Part shown: positions 38,888 to 53,651 of the stretch, in pieces
Position numbering within the stretch: the first letter of the stretch is position 1
Layout of the letters: each line of letters starts with the position of its first letter
NCBI RefSeq assembly: GCF_964355755.1
Contig: NC_092674.1
Span: forward strand, 29,760,001-29,824,000
Source of the DNA: Antedon mediterranea
Lineage: Eukaryota > Animalia > Echinodermata
Direction of reading: 5' to 3'
Length of the DNA stretch: 64,000 nucleotides
Made by a program: the position numbers and the translations under genes
The notes under the pieces: model-generated
What the model saw: the letters and a program-made list of their open reading frames with translations, nothing else
Told to the model about the DNA's origin: nothing
The model's database searches: none

Positions 38888-41800
38888 TCAGAGTTTATGA
38901 TCAGCGTCAAAATCCAAGACTAACAGTTTTGTTTCTTCTGTCCCATTTCTGCTCCCTACTGCACAAATGAGTTTTGTGTGATTTGAGCGTACGCGCCATA
39001 CAACGCCGCCACTACCACCACTGTCTAACGTTACAAGGTTGCGAATAAATTCGCCAGTGTTCAAATCCCAGAGTTTCACTGTTCCGTCATCGGAACTCGT
39101 TATGACAAATTTTTTGTTGAATTGTAAACAAGTAACAGCGCTCTGATGTTTATTTTGTCCTGAATAGAAAAACATATATAAAATGATTGAATCAAAGGGG
39201 AAGTACAAGAAAAATACAAATATCTAATTCACTGTTTCTATTGATAAATGACAGTCAAATATGGATATGCCATTCATTTCCAGATGTGTAAAGCTCTGTC
39301 TACACCATCAAACTTTATGCGACAAACAAATGTGATGTGCCAATATATGGACATGATGACATCACTACCATATTTGGGGACATTACACTTTTTTTGTCAA
39401 ACTAGTTTGATAGTGTAGACAGAGCTTAATAAACATTTCCTTCAAAGTAATTTTGTTTTACCTTGTAATGTTTGAAGGCAGCGACCAGTAGTTATATCCC
39501 ATATCTTAACAGTTGAATCAGCATTGCCGGACACTAGTATATTGTCCTTCAGCTCCATGCCACTGGTCAAGGACTGATGACCCATCAGAGTGTGCTTACA
39601 TTCTCCTGACTCAACATCCCATACACGTATTGACGTGTCTAACGAACCACTCACCACATGAATACCGTCAAACTAAAAATAAAATATCAATTAGAATGGA
39701 TCTCCCACGCACCTAGATTAACATGTGGAGTTGTGGCTTGCTGGTTATAATGGCTACCAATCCAAGATTCCTGGGTTCCAGTCCTGTCAGTGTCAGGATT
39801 TTTTTTTCTAATGACAAATTATAACTCAACTCCCAAAGACTTTGTTTATGTAGAGCATCTTGTGTATATGTTTGTCTTGTGAACAGGATTACCACCTTTA
39901 AGAAGGATAGTGAATGAATTCGCTTATGGTTATCTTTGGCAATTTGCCTAAATGTATAAAAACAAAACAGTAGCCAGTGCTACATTTAATGTTTAGTTTT
40001 CTCCTACCTGTAATGAATACACCCTATTTGTATGACCTGAGAGAGTATGTAGACACTCTTCTGTGTCCGGATTCCAAACACGAACCATATAATCATAAGC
40101 ACCACTGACCACACGCCGGCCATCATACTGGACACAACGGACAGCTGCTAAATGACCCATTAGGACATGTAAGCACTGACCAGTCTCAATGTCCCAAACG
40201 CGTAGAGTTGCATCTCTTGAACCACTAACAACTCTGTAAGAAAAACGTTACAAAAAAAATAAAATTGAAATTTATTGAAGATAATATTTGTTTTAAAATA
40301 AGCTCTACAATATTGCTTACGACCTCTGACCTATTGTTACTTACTTGTTACCACTTAGTGACATGCACCGAACCGTTGAAGTGTGACCATATAATGTGTG
40401 GATGCACTGGCCCGTGTCTGCGTTCCATACTTTTAATGTTCTGTCTGTTGAACCACTGATTATAATATTATTGGCCATTTCTGATGACCAAACTCCACCA
40501 GTGTGTCCAACAAGTGTGCGTAAACACTAAGGATAAAGTTTAAAACCATAGTATTTAATACAGTGTAGATATGTTACAATGCGTTAAGTAGCCTAACCAG
40601 TAACCGTAACTCTCACTCACTTAATGTGTCTAGTTTTTAAGTTACTTCATTTTGTAAGTTGTCAGTAATATGTGTAATAGAGCAAGACAATCATATTTAT
40701 ACTTAATTTCTCTGTAAGTAAATGGGAAATGAAACTATTATGTCAATAAATGTACTATTTTGAAACATATTAATATGTTCTATCGGGAAATATTTCATAA
40801 TACAGCACAATGGACCACTACATCACCAGTTTTTTGTTTTCTTCAGTTCTCCTTTAAATTGTATACGGTCAAATAATTGGGCTGGCCAAATATGTCCGGA
40901 AAGTCTGGTATTCAAAATCTGTTTTTAATGGTAAAGAGAAATTTGGAAACTTTTGGACTTCGAGGAAAGTCTGGTAATGGGAGAGTTTCCGGTTTTCAGT
41001 CCAGTATTGGAAGAGTTGACTGTATACGATTTTGCACATTTTGGCCTGGATGCTTCACCTACAGCCAAACCCAGTATAGTTAAGCTGCAAAGGGAATCAA
41101 TGCACCAATTACGGACTAAGTAACTGTTAAATTAAGATAAGATTGTTGACATACCTTGCCTGTGGATGCTGACCATACTTTTAAGGTGTTATCATCAGAA
41201 CCACTCACAATCCTCTGACCATTGAATTGTAAACATGTGATCACATGATCATCGTGACCTTTGAGCACCTGATGAGATAAATGACCTTTGATGTTAATTA
41301 TGGTAAACAAGTAAATAATTGAATATCAAGGTTCTGTGACCCTAAATTTTAGATTTTGCAAAGCTAACTATTTTGTAGCCTTTAATTTTAATGAAATTAA
41401 TATTAATTTAAATAATTGCAGTGTTATTAATAGTACAGTAAACGCTCCTAGAACAACTAACCAGTTTGTCTGTGTCTGGTTCTCTACCCTACTTTATGAA
41501 ATAAATTGGGACTTTTATTTTTGGAGAGTTTCTATTTTTAAGTTCAGACTAATTTCAGGAGATTAAATTAAAACGTAAAGCTTTTAACAGATTGCTATAA
41601 GTTTCCAACTGTTAAATACGAGCTCTGTGTACGGTATACACCATCAAAAAAGTGTGCTCAAATATGGTAGTGATATGCCCAAATATGGTAGTGGTATGAC
41701 ATAGTGTAGACAGAGCTTTATAGTTTAAGGATAGAATTATATATAACTTCAAAGCAGGAAGCAAATTCTCTGTAAATATATTACAATGCCAATTCAAAAT

Positions 41801-44800
41801 GCGACTCCCACAATTGTCTAAATATCTAAAATTGAACCTATCTAAAACATAACCTTGTATTTCTGAATAAAAACAAAAATTGTATGAATAATTCCATAAT
41901 ATACAAAGACTGTAGGATAAAATACAAGCCACTTAACAAGGAATAGCCTACTTTGATTAGCTAAATGGAATTCATAATGGGTGAATATAAATTGCCATAT
42001 TAACATTAGTTAAGGCATACACCACTACTAACCTTTTTTGGACGAATTTCTGCAAACCGCCAGTTGTACTCAATCTGATGATGTCTAAGGTACGCGCTCT
42101 TCCACGGACTTCTTGGCACACCCGAGTTTGACCGCCTCCTCGTCTGTTTACCATTGACTTCAGCAATACCAGCTTCCCGACATTTTTCGCGCCATAATAG
42201 GTTGTCTTCGCAGAGAATACGCCAATACTGGCAAGTTTGTGCAGCACGTAACAGATCTCTAGGTTCAAGGAAGGCTAGTACATATAGTGCGAGCTACAGA
42301 TAAACAAAAATAATTTACAAATTAATATAAGACAGTTATTTGTGTTGTTTCTAATAAACATTTATTATAGGATGTAATTATCATAAATAAAGACAAAATA
42401 AGAACAATATTTACTAAAGATTTCATAAGGTTATGGGAAATTCAAATATTATACCATTGTTATCATTTCCTACCTACAGTATTTATTAAGTCAATATAGC
42501 TGAGATACTAAATTATATGCTGTGTACTTTCAGGACTTGTAACAATGGGGAAATCCCCTGATATGCTTCACTGATTCCCTGGCATAAACCTTATATTACA
42601 CATTCAACATTCAGTTGACTAAACTTGAAGGTGAATCACGTTTCAGTTCATATGTACTTTAGGGTTTCACTTTTAGTGACAAATATATTCTACTTTAATA
42701 TTTAAATATAATTCAAGCCATTATCAAATACTGTAGATTTGTGTATGAATAGAAGTACAGAAATAATTGTACATGAGTAATTCAATTCACTTGTATACTG
42801 TAATCATTGAAAGCTTTCCCTTACATTGATAAATTTGTATTTTATATTGGTCCAAAATCAACATAGTCACTAAGCACAGACTGCTAATGACAAAATATGT
42901 AACAATTTCCTAACAATAACATACACATTGTTAATTACCATAGGTTTAAATAAAGGATTAATACAACATTTGTAGGCCTACAGTTTGTTGACAGTAGATC
43001 ATTATTGGAAAATGTGAATAAATTAAATACTTCCTCAAAATTTATTATGCAATAATCTATCATGTTGTGTTTCAATATTATTCATTTCCTTTTCTACTTG
43101 GTCTTTCTAAAGCTCTATCCACACTATCAAATTTTATCGGACAAAAACATGTGATGTGCCCATATCATGATGATGTCACTACCATCTTTGGGCATATCAC
43201 TACCATATTTAGAAACATCACACTTTATTTGTCAAACTAGTTTTATAGTGTAGACAGAGCTTAATTGTTTATCAAAGATTCACCAGATAAACAATATAAA
43301 ACACGAATTTCAAAATAGAGACAGGGTGTACGTACATTCCAACATTATATTGTAGAACTAAACATTGCAAAGTAGGTCGTCCAATCTGACCTTTTTCCCA
43401 GTAAATATCTAATTTCCATAGGAACAGTAGATACTCAAAAACTAATTACAATTGTCTATATGTTACGACAAACATATTGACTATAGTATCAGGTTGCTCA
43501 GAGCTTGGTTAGTTTGATTTTTGTTTTCTAAAGATCATAGGGTGAACGCAAAGGTCAATTATTGCCTTGTTGCAGAATTATAATTGTATGTTTACTATTC
43601 ACTCACAATCTCTTCTTCTCTAAATTCTAGACTTCCTACAGTAACTATTGTACAGTAAGGTTTATTAAAATATTCCATGTTATAATTGTCATGTACAATA
43701 TACAATATACAGTAGGAAGGGTTTGTCAAAATATTTTTGTATGTTTTAACAACAAATCTGATTGCATAATTTAATTTAATACATTTTTATTTATACAGAA
43801 ATGTCTTCCCATTATCCTTTTCACATGAATGGATTTTACACACACTGTTCATAGCATTTATTTACATACACAGTACTCTGATATAAAAGATAACATACAA
43901 AGCATTCTCATACAACATTCTCACCCCTGAGGACATAAAAGATGATAACATACAAAGCATTCTCATACAACATTCTCACCCCTGAGGACATAAAAGATGA
44001 TAACATACAAAGCATTCTCATACAACATTCTCACCCCTGAGGACGATCAACGCATATTGATCAAAACGTTGAGAAACTCAACAGTTCTTTTCAGAACTAA
44101 TATAGTGGTGTACCGCAAACTTTACAGTATATCAAGCAATAACAAAATAATATGAGGTCAGAGTTTGAAGGCAGATGCACTGGAAGAAGATGAAAAAAAA
44201 AACATCTTGTGCTGCACTGTGACAATCCCTATCTGTTGGAAGGTTATTTCTCATCATATTGTACACTTGTGTGGGATACATGTAAACATTTATAATCAGT
44301 CAAAATAAAGTTGTTTTTGTGTGCACAGTATTGAACCTACATACTGTAATCTAAACAAGTGAAAAGGATCATAAACAACATAATATTATTTACATTATAT
44401 GATAACAGAGAGAATATAAGATGATGTATGCAACCTTTGTCATAGCTAGATTTATTATTACATAACCGTTAGTAGTACCTAATGTTTGAATTAATTTTAA
44501 TTAATTTTTTAGTTGTTTAAATCAACTACTAGAAGTCAAATTATGTAAAAAATCTAAATAAACACACTAAACAATTTCACCAATTACTTTGTATATAACC
44601 ACCTTCCCCTCAAGTTTTCCTCTTTATCACTTTCTCTACTTGACTGGTGTATTTTTTTTTTTTTTTTCATATTTTTTTACTGATTTCCGTTTTTGCTTAA
44701 AACTGTGTGTGTACACTTTATACGACAATTGAGAAAGTTAATAAGCTTGTGCTATTCCATACTTTATATGTTTTACTATGTGTTTTGTTGCTGACTATAC

Positions 44801-47800
44801 CACTTGTTTCTTAGGACTTGTCTACACTACTGTATCAAACTTTATGTGACAACAAAATGTGCCCATATAAGGACATGATGGTGTCATATCACTACCATAT
44901 TTGGACATATCACTACCATATTTGGACATATCACTACCATATTTGGATATATCACTACCATATTTAGGCACATTACACTCAAACTGGTTTGATATTGTAG
45001 ACAGAGCTTAATAGAGTAAGACTAAGAGAGCTTCGATGATGAAAACCAAGAAAACTGTACTCTGTGGGTTTACAGTAAGTGCCTACTCAGGGTTTAAGAT
45101 TCAAGGCTAACTGATGATGTCATACTTAAAAGTACTGTACTGTGCTAAAAAAATTCTTGGTTGTTCATAATATTTATTCCACTATACTTTAGGAAACAAT
45201 GACATCCTTATTATTATCACCTTCAACTTTATTGGATGTTCAAGAGTATGAATAGGATTTAGATAGATAAGATATTTCAAACGGTCATTGTATATTTCAA
45301 TTAATAACCAATTTATGCTACTATAAATGGATAGCAATACCTTTTACCTATTGTATGGCATTCATTGAACTATTCATGAATACTGGGGAATCTCTTTTGC
45401 CACCCCTTAGTGTGATGTACCCAATTATGGTAGTGGTGATATGCCCAAATATGGTAGTGATGTGACCTCATCATGTCCATATATGGGTACATCACATGTT
45501 TATATCACATACAGTTTTAAAGTGTGGACAGAGCTTTAGTAAACTACAAATGTTGCTGCTGTTTCTTTTGCCAAAATTATTATTTTTTTTGCAAAAATAC
45601 AATAACAACAAATACTGTAAACATACACACACAGAAAGACTAATCAAATTTTTTGACGACCTCCTTGGTGCAGGAAGTGAAAATAGATTTGTATTTATGC
45701 TTATTTTTAGACATATTTTTGGGAAATTTGCAATGCATAAATTATGATATTAGTAATATTTAATGTCAAGTCTACCCCAGTGTTTGACAGGGCTAAACTA
45801 TTTCCCCCCCCCCCCCAAAAATCTTTATAAAAACTCATTTCCTGCATTCCAACGTTCATTGTTGTAAGGTGACATGCTTAGTAGACTCACCAGGAAATTT
45901 GTTTCATAATTTAATCTATTGTATAGCGTATATTATTATATCTTTTGAACGCTGTCAAGGTGAGAAGTTTCAAAGAAGAATATCTTTTGTCACCATTTAA
46001 TTGTGAAATTTTAGTCAAATTTTTTTAGTACTAAACTAAGGCTGACCCTGTGTCAGTTAGTACCTTTTCAGACCATACTTTAGTACCGGTTAACCAGAAT
46101 GACCTCGGGTCTAAAGGACTAAACAGCTTTCATTTATTCCTGATTCTAATAACATTTTTAGGAATTTCTTGTTCTTGAGATTTATGTTAGCGTAAAGCTC
46201 TGTCTACACTATCACTTTATCTTACAAAAAAATGTAATATGCCCATGGACAAATATATCACACATACAGTACACTACCATATTTGGGCACATCACACTTT
46301 TTTTATCTATTTAATTTGATAGTGTAGACAGAGCTTTACTGTATTAAGTACTACCAACTCTAAATAATTACCATATTATACTATGGTAGTTGTATAACCG
46401 GTTTTATATTAATATGTATACATTTTAAATTGAAATTGTTTATGGCATGCTGATCTATGTTTATACATACAGTCGACCTTCTCATTTACGTACCCCTTGG
46501 TCTGAGAGGCGTTTCGTAAATGAAAAAGTTCGTAAATGAGAAGATTGGGAAAAAAGTGCCCTCTATTAAAATCAGTGGTTAAAAACATGTCCAAACAAAT
46601 GCCCTATGTAAAACTTACTGTGCAGCATAGTACAGTAAAAGAACAAACAGTATTAAAAATACAGTTATAAAACAATTAAATTTAACATGTAAATTAACAC
46701 CTTAACTGGCAAAAAGATTGATATTTCTGCTTTTTGTTATGTTACACACATTCTCTGTACCAAAATTCCATCGTTTACTTTTATTATTGCATATTTTGAT
46801 ACCAACTGTGATTTACGAATTTGTTCTTGAAGTAATAATATCAAATCCGTTGTGGACCGCAAATATTTACATTTTTAAGCTACTATGTACTGTATGTGTG
46901 GTGTGTGTGGCCGGACAGCAAGTAAAATGGAATTCCCAGAAAAATGGCTACGCGACAACTGACAACAAAGTTTTAAAATATTAATAAATAAGGGTCAAGT
47001 GTTTTTTTATATCGTAAAAACATGCACAAGCCAAACTAAATTTATAGTATGGTCATCGTAGCTAGCCTTTCTGCAGTTCGCGATCAACCTTTGGTTTTTT
47101 CAAAACATGTGCAGGGTGCTCTCCATGCACTCCAGCAGTGGGGATGATGATCTCCTGACCACTAGCTTAGGCCTAGACTAAACGGCCTAGGCCTAGCTAA
47201 ACGGCCTAGACAACTTTTAAACTAGAAATAAATCGTGGATCGTTTTTAATAAGCTTTGCTTTAGTTATGAAGTAATTGTTTTGGGATAGTTTAATAAATT
47301 AAGAAGATAATAAATTTGTAGGTTACTTTAGGTACGTAAAAGTTTTATTATATTACTGATGACGTCATCGTTCGAACGGCGTTCGTAAAATAGAAGGTTC
47401 GTAATTGAGAAGTATGTAAATGAGAAGGTCGACTGTATATATATTTATATCTGTAATTTATTGTCAACAGTGGTATTGTTTTTATGTTTCAAACCTGTTA
47501 GTGGCGGTAATTATCGCTGTCAGTTTTGATTGAAAAATAAAAATAAAGTAAAATCGACGTCACAAAAATCATGGCACTCCATCAGAATATAAGCGACAAA
47601 AAGAACATATTCTTACCTCTCGGGGTAGTAATGATATAAAATCTCTTTGGAATTGGGGTTCAATGACCGCCATTATGTGGCGTACTTGCGATGGTTCACA
47701 TTTGCCGATTAACTCATCTAGAGCAACAAGTTTCTCTGCACCGCTCCAATTCTGCAAAGCAAAAAAGATGTGTTCAAATGGTTTTTATAGTTAGCGTAAT

Positions 47801-50399
47801 CAGGAGTGAAGAACTGACCATATTTTTTTAAATTTCTGCGAGCCCATTATACTGTATCAGAATTCATGTGTAAAGCTCTGTCTACACTATCAAACTTTAT
47901 GTGACACAAAATTTGGTAGGCTCATATATGGACATGATGATGACATATCACTACCATATTTGGGCATCACTACCATATTTGGGCACATCACACATTTTTT
48001 TTGTCAAACTAGTTTCGATACTTTACACTCAGCTTTATTGGTTCACATGTATTTTTTGTATAGTATTTTATGTCTTTAGCTCGACGATCTAAATATTCTC
48101 GTAACAAACTCGTAAAATATAATACCTGAAATATCTTCAACCAGTTAAGTAGATCAGGTGGTGGGTTGAAATGCGAGGATGACATAAAGCGCCTCCTTGT
48201 AGGACCGTCCAAACTTGATCCACCAAATCGCAAAGCGCTCGGCGTGTATCCATTTTCCAGTGCCCTAAGAAATGCACTGCAATTTAAAAAAAAACATAAT
48301 AATAATAATAAATATTTTTTTTTTCATTTCAGTTATTTATTTTCCATAATAATAAGATACTGATTTCATATCAAACGATTCAGAATTTCAAATATGCAAC
48401 GTGTTTGGACTAATTTTATAAATCATATAATTGTGGTTTTTAATAATAAAGTACTGTATGCCTCATACAAATTTCAATTTATGAACCATTTTATACAGTT
48501 TTACTACTTTCCTATAGTATTTCATTTTAATGATTATAGCTACAGAATCAATTTCAAGTGAAAATGTCCCCTGACGATGGAGGATGTCAAGAAAAATATG
48601 TAGTCTGCTATAAAGTTAGTTATCTAGTGATTCCCATATGATTATGATCTACCATATGCAGCAATGGATTAAAAATAACATTGCTTGGATATAAGATAGG
48701 AATTAGATTTATTGATTACAGTATTTCATATTTTTTCTCATGATTATGTTTGCTGCAGAGAATAATGTTACGACAATTTTTTTTTGACAACATTTCATTT
48801 AGTGAAGTCACTTTACATAGTAATGTAGTATTGCTTTGCAGATGATAAAAAAATGATACTATACAGTAAATAATGTTGGTGTGTTGGTTGGTCAGTAGGG
48901 ACATCCACCTTCTATTGTACCTTACGTTTTCCATTCCACCCAGTCTTAAGATTTTTTCAAGCCTTCTACCTTTATTATAGCACCCACTAAAACAACTCTA
49001 GAATCTAGGTACTGAAATATTCTTTTTTTCCGACCCACCCTTTTTAACACATTCCTAGACATTCACTAGGGCTAAATGTAAATCTCTATGAACATGAAAC
49101 TAACCCACATATTCCTAGATATTCACTCTAGCTAACCGTACATCTCTATGGACATACTGTAGACTAACACACTTTTCTAACATTCACTCTATAGTAGCTA
49201 ACTGTACATCTCTATGGACATGGGACAGCATATTCCAACTCTAGGTGAACACAGCAACCCATTAGAAGAAGGTTAAAGGTCAGTTTCCAAACTATCTGGT
49301 TATTTTTATAACTCCTAAGCGGATATATTAAACGCTGAATGAGGCTCTTAAAGGAGTTTTTTTCTCAAGAAATTCTTTGGTGGGGTGATTTTAGATTGTG
49401 AAGAATTTATTTTCCCAGGCAACCAAATATTTTAGGATTATGCAAAGTCTCAGAAAGGTGTAAAAAATTGAAAATGAATATTGTAAACTCTTTGCACAGC
49501 ATGAATTTATGAATATCAGACAGCTTGCTTCCAAATGTATCTCCCACTTATGGTTGATTTAAATAATGAATGTATTTTCTGTTTTGCACTGTTTGTTAGC
49601 AGCCAGCGGAAATTATGCAAACATCATTCTCTAAGGGTGCAAAAATCATTCTCATGCGTGTTTGTGGCACACTTAGTGTGAACTGTTTAAATGTCCATAA
49701 TGTTGTAGCAATAGTAAGCCATTAACTTAAACAAATGTTTACTGTACATCCTGCAATTAAGCATTATAACAACAAACACTCCATTACATCTGAACATACT
49801 GAATACCAGTAGCTAGCTATAATATTAATACAGTATGCTGACACTCTCCTAAAAATCATGGATTTTTCTTGATATGCATCAATAAAGTTCTGTCTAGTTT
49901 GCGTGGCGTGCCCAAATATGGTAGTGATATACCCAAATATGGTATGGTCAATTCACATTTTGTCACTTAAAGTTTGATAGTGTAGACAGAGCTTAAAGCT
50001 CTACACTATAAAAGTTTGTGACAAAAATTTGATGTGCCCCTTATGGACAGGATGATGTCATATCACTACTATATTTGGTCACATCACTACCATATTTGGG
50101 CACACCATACAGTATGTTTTTTGTCAAACTATTTTGATAGTGTTGACAGGCTTAAAGGTACAAGTTCTCCTCTTTTTTTAAATGTACAGATTTAAGCCCT
50201 ATACAGTAACTACTAGGCCCTAAATAAAGGGGAGATCAGTGAGCACAGGGCTACAGTACATAGGAAAGCTACATCATAACTTATATGATTTTGAAAAAAA
50301 AAACAAAGATTAAGTCTCTTACTTTTGTATCTCAGCTGAACGACATGGCTTCTTGCCTGGAGATCCCCCTTTTTCTTTAATTTCTGATTTCCGTTTCAT
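38888..50399 (-). CDS. FBXW7: F-box/WD repeat protein 7, common region (dimerisation domain, F-box, WD40 repeats)
   Basis: Exons 50399-50323 ([20 protein letters not shown]; human common exon recalled as MKRKLDHG..GKKPCK), 48276-48126, 47751-47617 ([31 protein letters not shown]), 42293-42033 ([21 protein letters not shown]), 41268-41155 ([15 protein letters not shown]), 40526-40345, 40233-40008, 39672-39462 and 39159-38888 ([27 protein letters not shown]). The phosphodegron-binding arginines in STVRCM, SGSRDAT and AAVRCV are present. Confidence 0.97.
39732..39920 (+). mobile_element. Probable degenerate tRNA-derived SINE
   Basis: A-box-like TGGCTTGCTGG and B-box-like GGTTCCAGTCC at tRNA-like spacing, inside an FBXW7 intron. 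Confidence 0.4.
43883..44044. repeat. 55-bp tandem repeat, 3 copies
   Basis: Unit ATAAAAGATGATAACATACAAAGCATTCTCATACAACATTCTCACCCCTGAGGAC. Confidence 0.9.
46470..47435. mobile_element. Non-autonomous pogo/Tigger-like DNA transposon, 966 bp
   Basis: Perfect 20-bp TIRs CAGTCGACCTTCTCATTTAC flanked by a TA duplication. Subterminal TTCGTAAATGA repeats at both ends; no transposase ORF. Confidence 0.88.
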
Positions 50400-53300
50400 C
50401 TGAAAGAAAAACCATCATTGATATATAAGACAGGTAAATGATAAGACGTCGTTACAATGTCACTGTCAATACATGTTATAATAAAACGCTAACAATCACT
50501 GACATTCTATTGCAAAAATGTGACAATCACAAATCACCATACAAAACCGTAAAAAAACGTTAAGAAATTAGGAAATCCAAAAACACTGTCTGAGTAGTAC
50601 ATACTAAGTGCATGGATATGATTAATATTTACTGTATTTATTTCTCCTTTCAATAACTATTTTATTACTTTCTTTTGTTAAAAATATTTCAATTTTGTTT
50701 TCAGATTTTTCGTTTTTCAGATCAGTTATTTTCAGATCAGTTACAAAATTTACCAACTAGATTAATAATAGACCAACATGAACAATTTTAAAGAGTGAAA
50801 ACTCAGTGTGCAGAGTTGCTTGAGAAGTTTATCAAATACCTTTTAATATCGATATTATAATTCCTGTAAACATTTCAAGCCATACTTGTCCTAAAATACA
50901 TTTTCACAGTGAATAATTTGATTTTTCTCACCCAGTTATTAGGGGAACAAGTCATATAGCCTTGAACTGTGTGAGTTCTACTCCATGGAGACATACAATG
51001 ATTTGATTTTACGAAAAATACTCGATGGTACTACAGTAATATAGTCAAGTAACTAACTGTAACTCAGCTTAGAAATACTGTATAAGCAATTCTACGATTT
51101 TAAATATATTAATTCCTTCTTTCTCCCCAATTAATAATTAAATTTATAACTAATTACATACATACATACAGGTAATGCAAGACTGGTTTTTCTTTTCATT
51201 GCAAAATGTATGATAAAGATCTATCAAATTAGTTTGACAAAAAAAGTGTGATGTTTTTAAAGCATACTTTTATTCCATCGATGTTATGCACATGTATAGA
51301 TATAGTGCCTTTTTAACTACTCTATTGAATTTTATTGTTTTATATTTTTACAAAAATGTATGTATACTATATAATATATATTTGTAAAAGGAATGAATAA
51401 ATGTGGGTGACCCCCACGAAAGAGAAAAAAAAAAGTGTGATGTGCCCATATATGGATTGGTAGTGATATGTTTAAATTTTGGCAGTGATATGACAACATC
51501 ATGTCCATATATGGTCACATCACATTTTGTTGTCACATAAAGTTTGATAGTGTAAACAGAGCTTAACATGTCATACTGTTTATTATCCAACAATGCAATG
51601 AAGAATGGATTTATACTTTAGTATAATTGTAGTAAGTCATTTTTTGTCATTTCAAACTAATGTTACTTTACTGCAAATTGTAAATTGAGCACAAAAAAAA
51701 AGAAGTCAACAAGAGAGTCAAGGCAAGATCTTTAAATTTCCTTTAAAGTATGTTCTGTGAAAGTAAGACTAGTTGTGTCTGTCCATGGGGTCTTTAGCAG
51801 ATGTGGAAAGATGAGTGTTAAGTTGTCATGTCACCAAATGCCCCGGATGTATCTTACTTCCTTCAAATTACAAATGTGAACACACACTTAATTGCCAATA
51901 GCAGTGAAGACTATCAGTAAGCATACTGTAGACTAGTAGTAGGACAATGCACCTTGCTAAGGAGTTTATGTACTTTATTCTAATTTTACAGATTTTTCTA
52001 AAACCGAAATAGACAATTTTAAGAAAATGTTTTGTAATTTATTGTTTTAATATTTTGTTGAATTGTAAGAACTTTTTGTTCACTTAGGGACAAAGATTAA
52101 GCTTTTTTTTTAGCCTTGTTTTTCAATTATAATATTTTTATGTTAACTATTTATTAGTATTCATGATTTTCTGAAGTTACACAAAACAATATGTTTAAGA
52201 TTGCATAATAAATTAAGCTCAACTATAAAAACAGTAGAGTATACAATACTGTACAACATTACATTTTATAACTATACTATTTTATTATTATTATTCTATC
52301 TATATTTTATGTAAATAAATACATACACCTATTAAACAATAAAATAAAAATATTAAATGAAAGGAGCATAATCGGATAAAAATTCAAATCAAATTTAATC
52401 AATCAAAATTTATTTATGATCCTGTACATGTACAATAAAGTCAGTTTTAATGATCTCACCAATTATCTAATAAAAGTTACCAATTTCATGGTTATTTGAT
52501 AGTTTCCTAGCAATTTGGTTTATAACTCAATTTAAACATCGCATGAAGGCTTATGTTGGCCTACTGTAGTAGATATACAGTAAAATGTAATTATGTTAAA
52601 TGGCATTGGCATCTAACCCATACATTCCACAGGGTTATTTTGGGTTAAAACTAGACCTCCTTGACGAGTGTAAAATTATTAAAAATCTGTGGCAAGTAAA
52701 ATTAATATTAAAACTGAAGTTATGATGTTGACCTCTAACCTACTCTCTACCAAAATGTTCTTTGATAAGGTTAAGAAACAAAAGAGGCCTTTGTTCTAAG
52801 CTACTTCTAATTCCTTAGCTTGGCTCCTATCAAACAATGCCTACAAACAAAGGCAGTGGGGAGTGTTGCTTGAAAATCTACCCAACAAAGGTTGTGTATT
52901 AAAACCAAACCCACCAAATGTATTTTATTAACAAAAATCAGAGACAGACTTTGTGGGGTTTAAAGGAGAGTGTAGATACTATACTTCATACATTGATTCT
53001 CATCAGGTTGAGATTTAAGGTCAAAAGGGTCATGAGAAAATTGTGAACAATAAGAACAGTATTGGAAAAGACTCAAGTTTTCACCCTTATGAGTCAAAGG
53101 TTAAAGTAGATGCTTAAAATCTTGCATTTCACACACAAATTGACCAGTATTAGGAATAAACAGTAAAATTCCTTTTTAAGGGACACCTCTGAGAGTCGAG
53201 ACAGAATAAAGTGTCCTAAGAGAAAATTCCCTGAATTGAGATCTCAAAGCAGGACTTCTGTGCTAATGGTTTAAAAACATCCCTAAATTTTGACTTAAGT

Positions 53301-53651
53301 GTATTCCTTCACTGTGGCTCAATAAAACTCAATTACCATTTACAAATTTACAGACTATATTTTTTCGTTTAACTTTAAAAATATTATAAACATTTTTTTT
53401 AACAGTTTTAATTACTTAATTTTATCAATAGTTGTGATTGTCGTAGACCTTAAAGGTATTTTAACTTACTTCTAAAGTTGTTTTAATTCTTATTGTTTTA
53501 AACATGTATGTACTGCGCCTATGAGCAATCATTGATTGGATATATGGCGCATTATAAATGCTTTTATTATTATTTAATAAGCAACATATTATAATTGACA
53601 TTATGAGTCATTGATGGGTTTACAATATGATATTAATAATAATATTCCTAC

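Noticed and set aside
20058-44044. 36-, 44-, 47- and 55-bp repeat arrays as CRISPR arrays
   Set aside because: The units are head-to-tail with no unique spacers, there are no cas genes, and the context is eukaryotic.
29098-51593. Several 60-106 aa ORFs with similar 'YHYHIW/HITTIF/DVIS' peptides
   Set aside because: All derive from MITE family A sequence and are not a protein family.
50590-51960. Additional alternative first exons of FBXW7 (donor-like sites near 50604 and 51857)
   Set aside because: The donors are plausible, but no convincing in-frame coding sequence precedes them, so they cannot be supported without transcript data.
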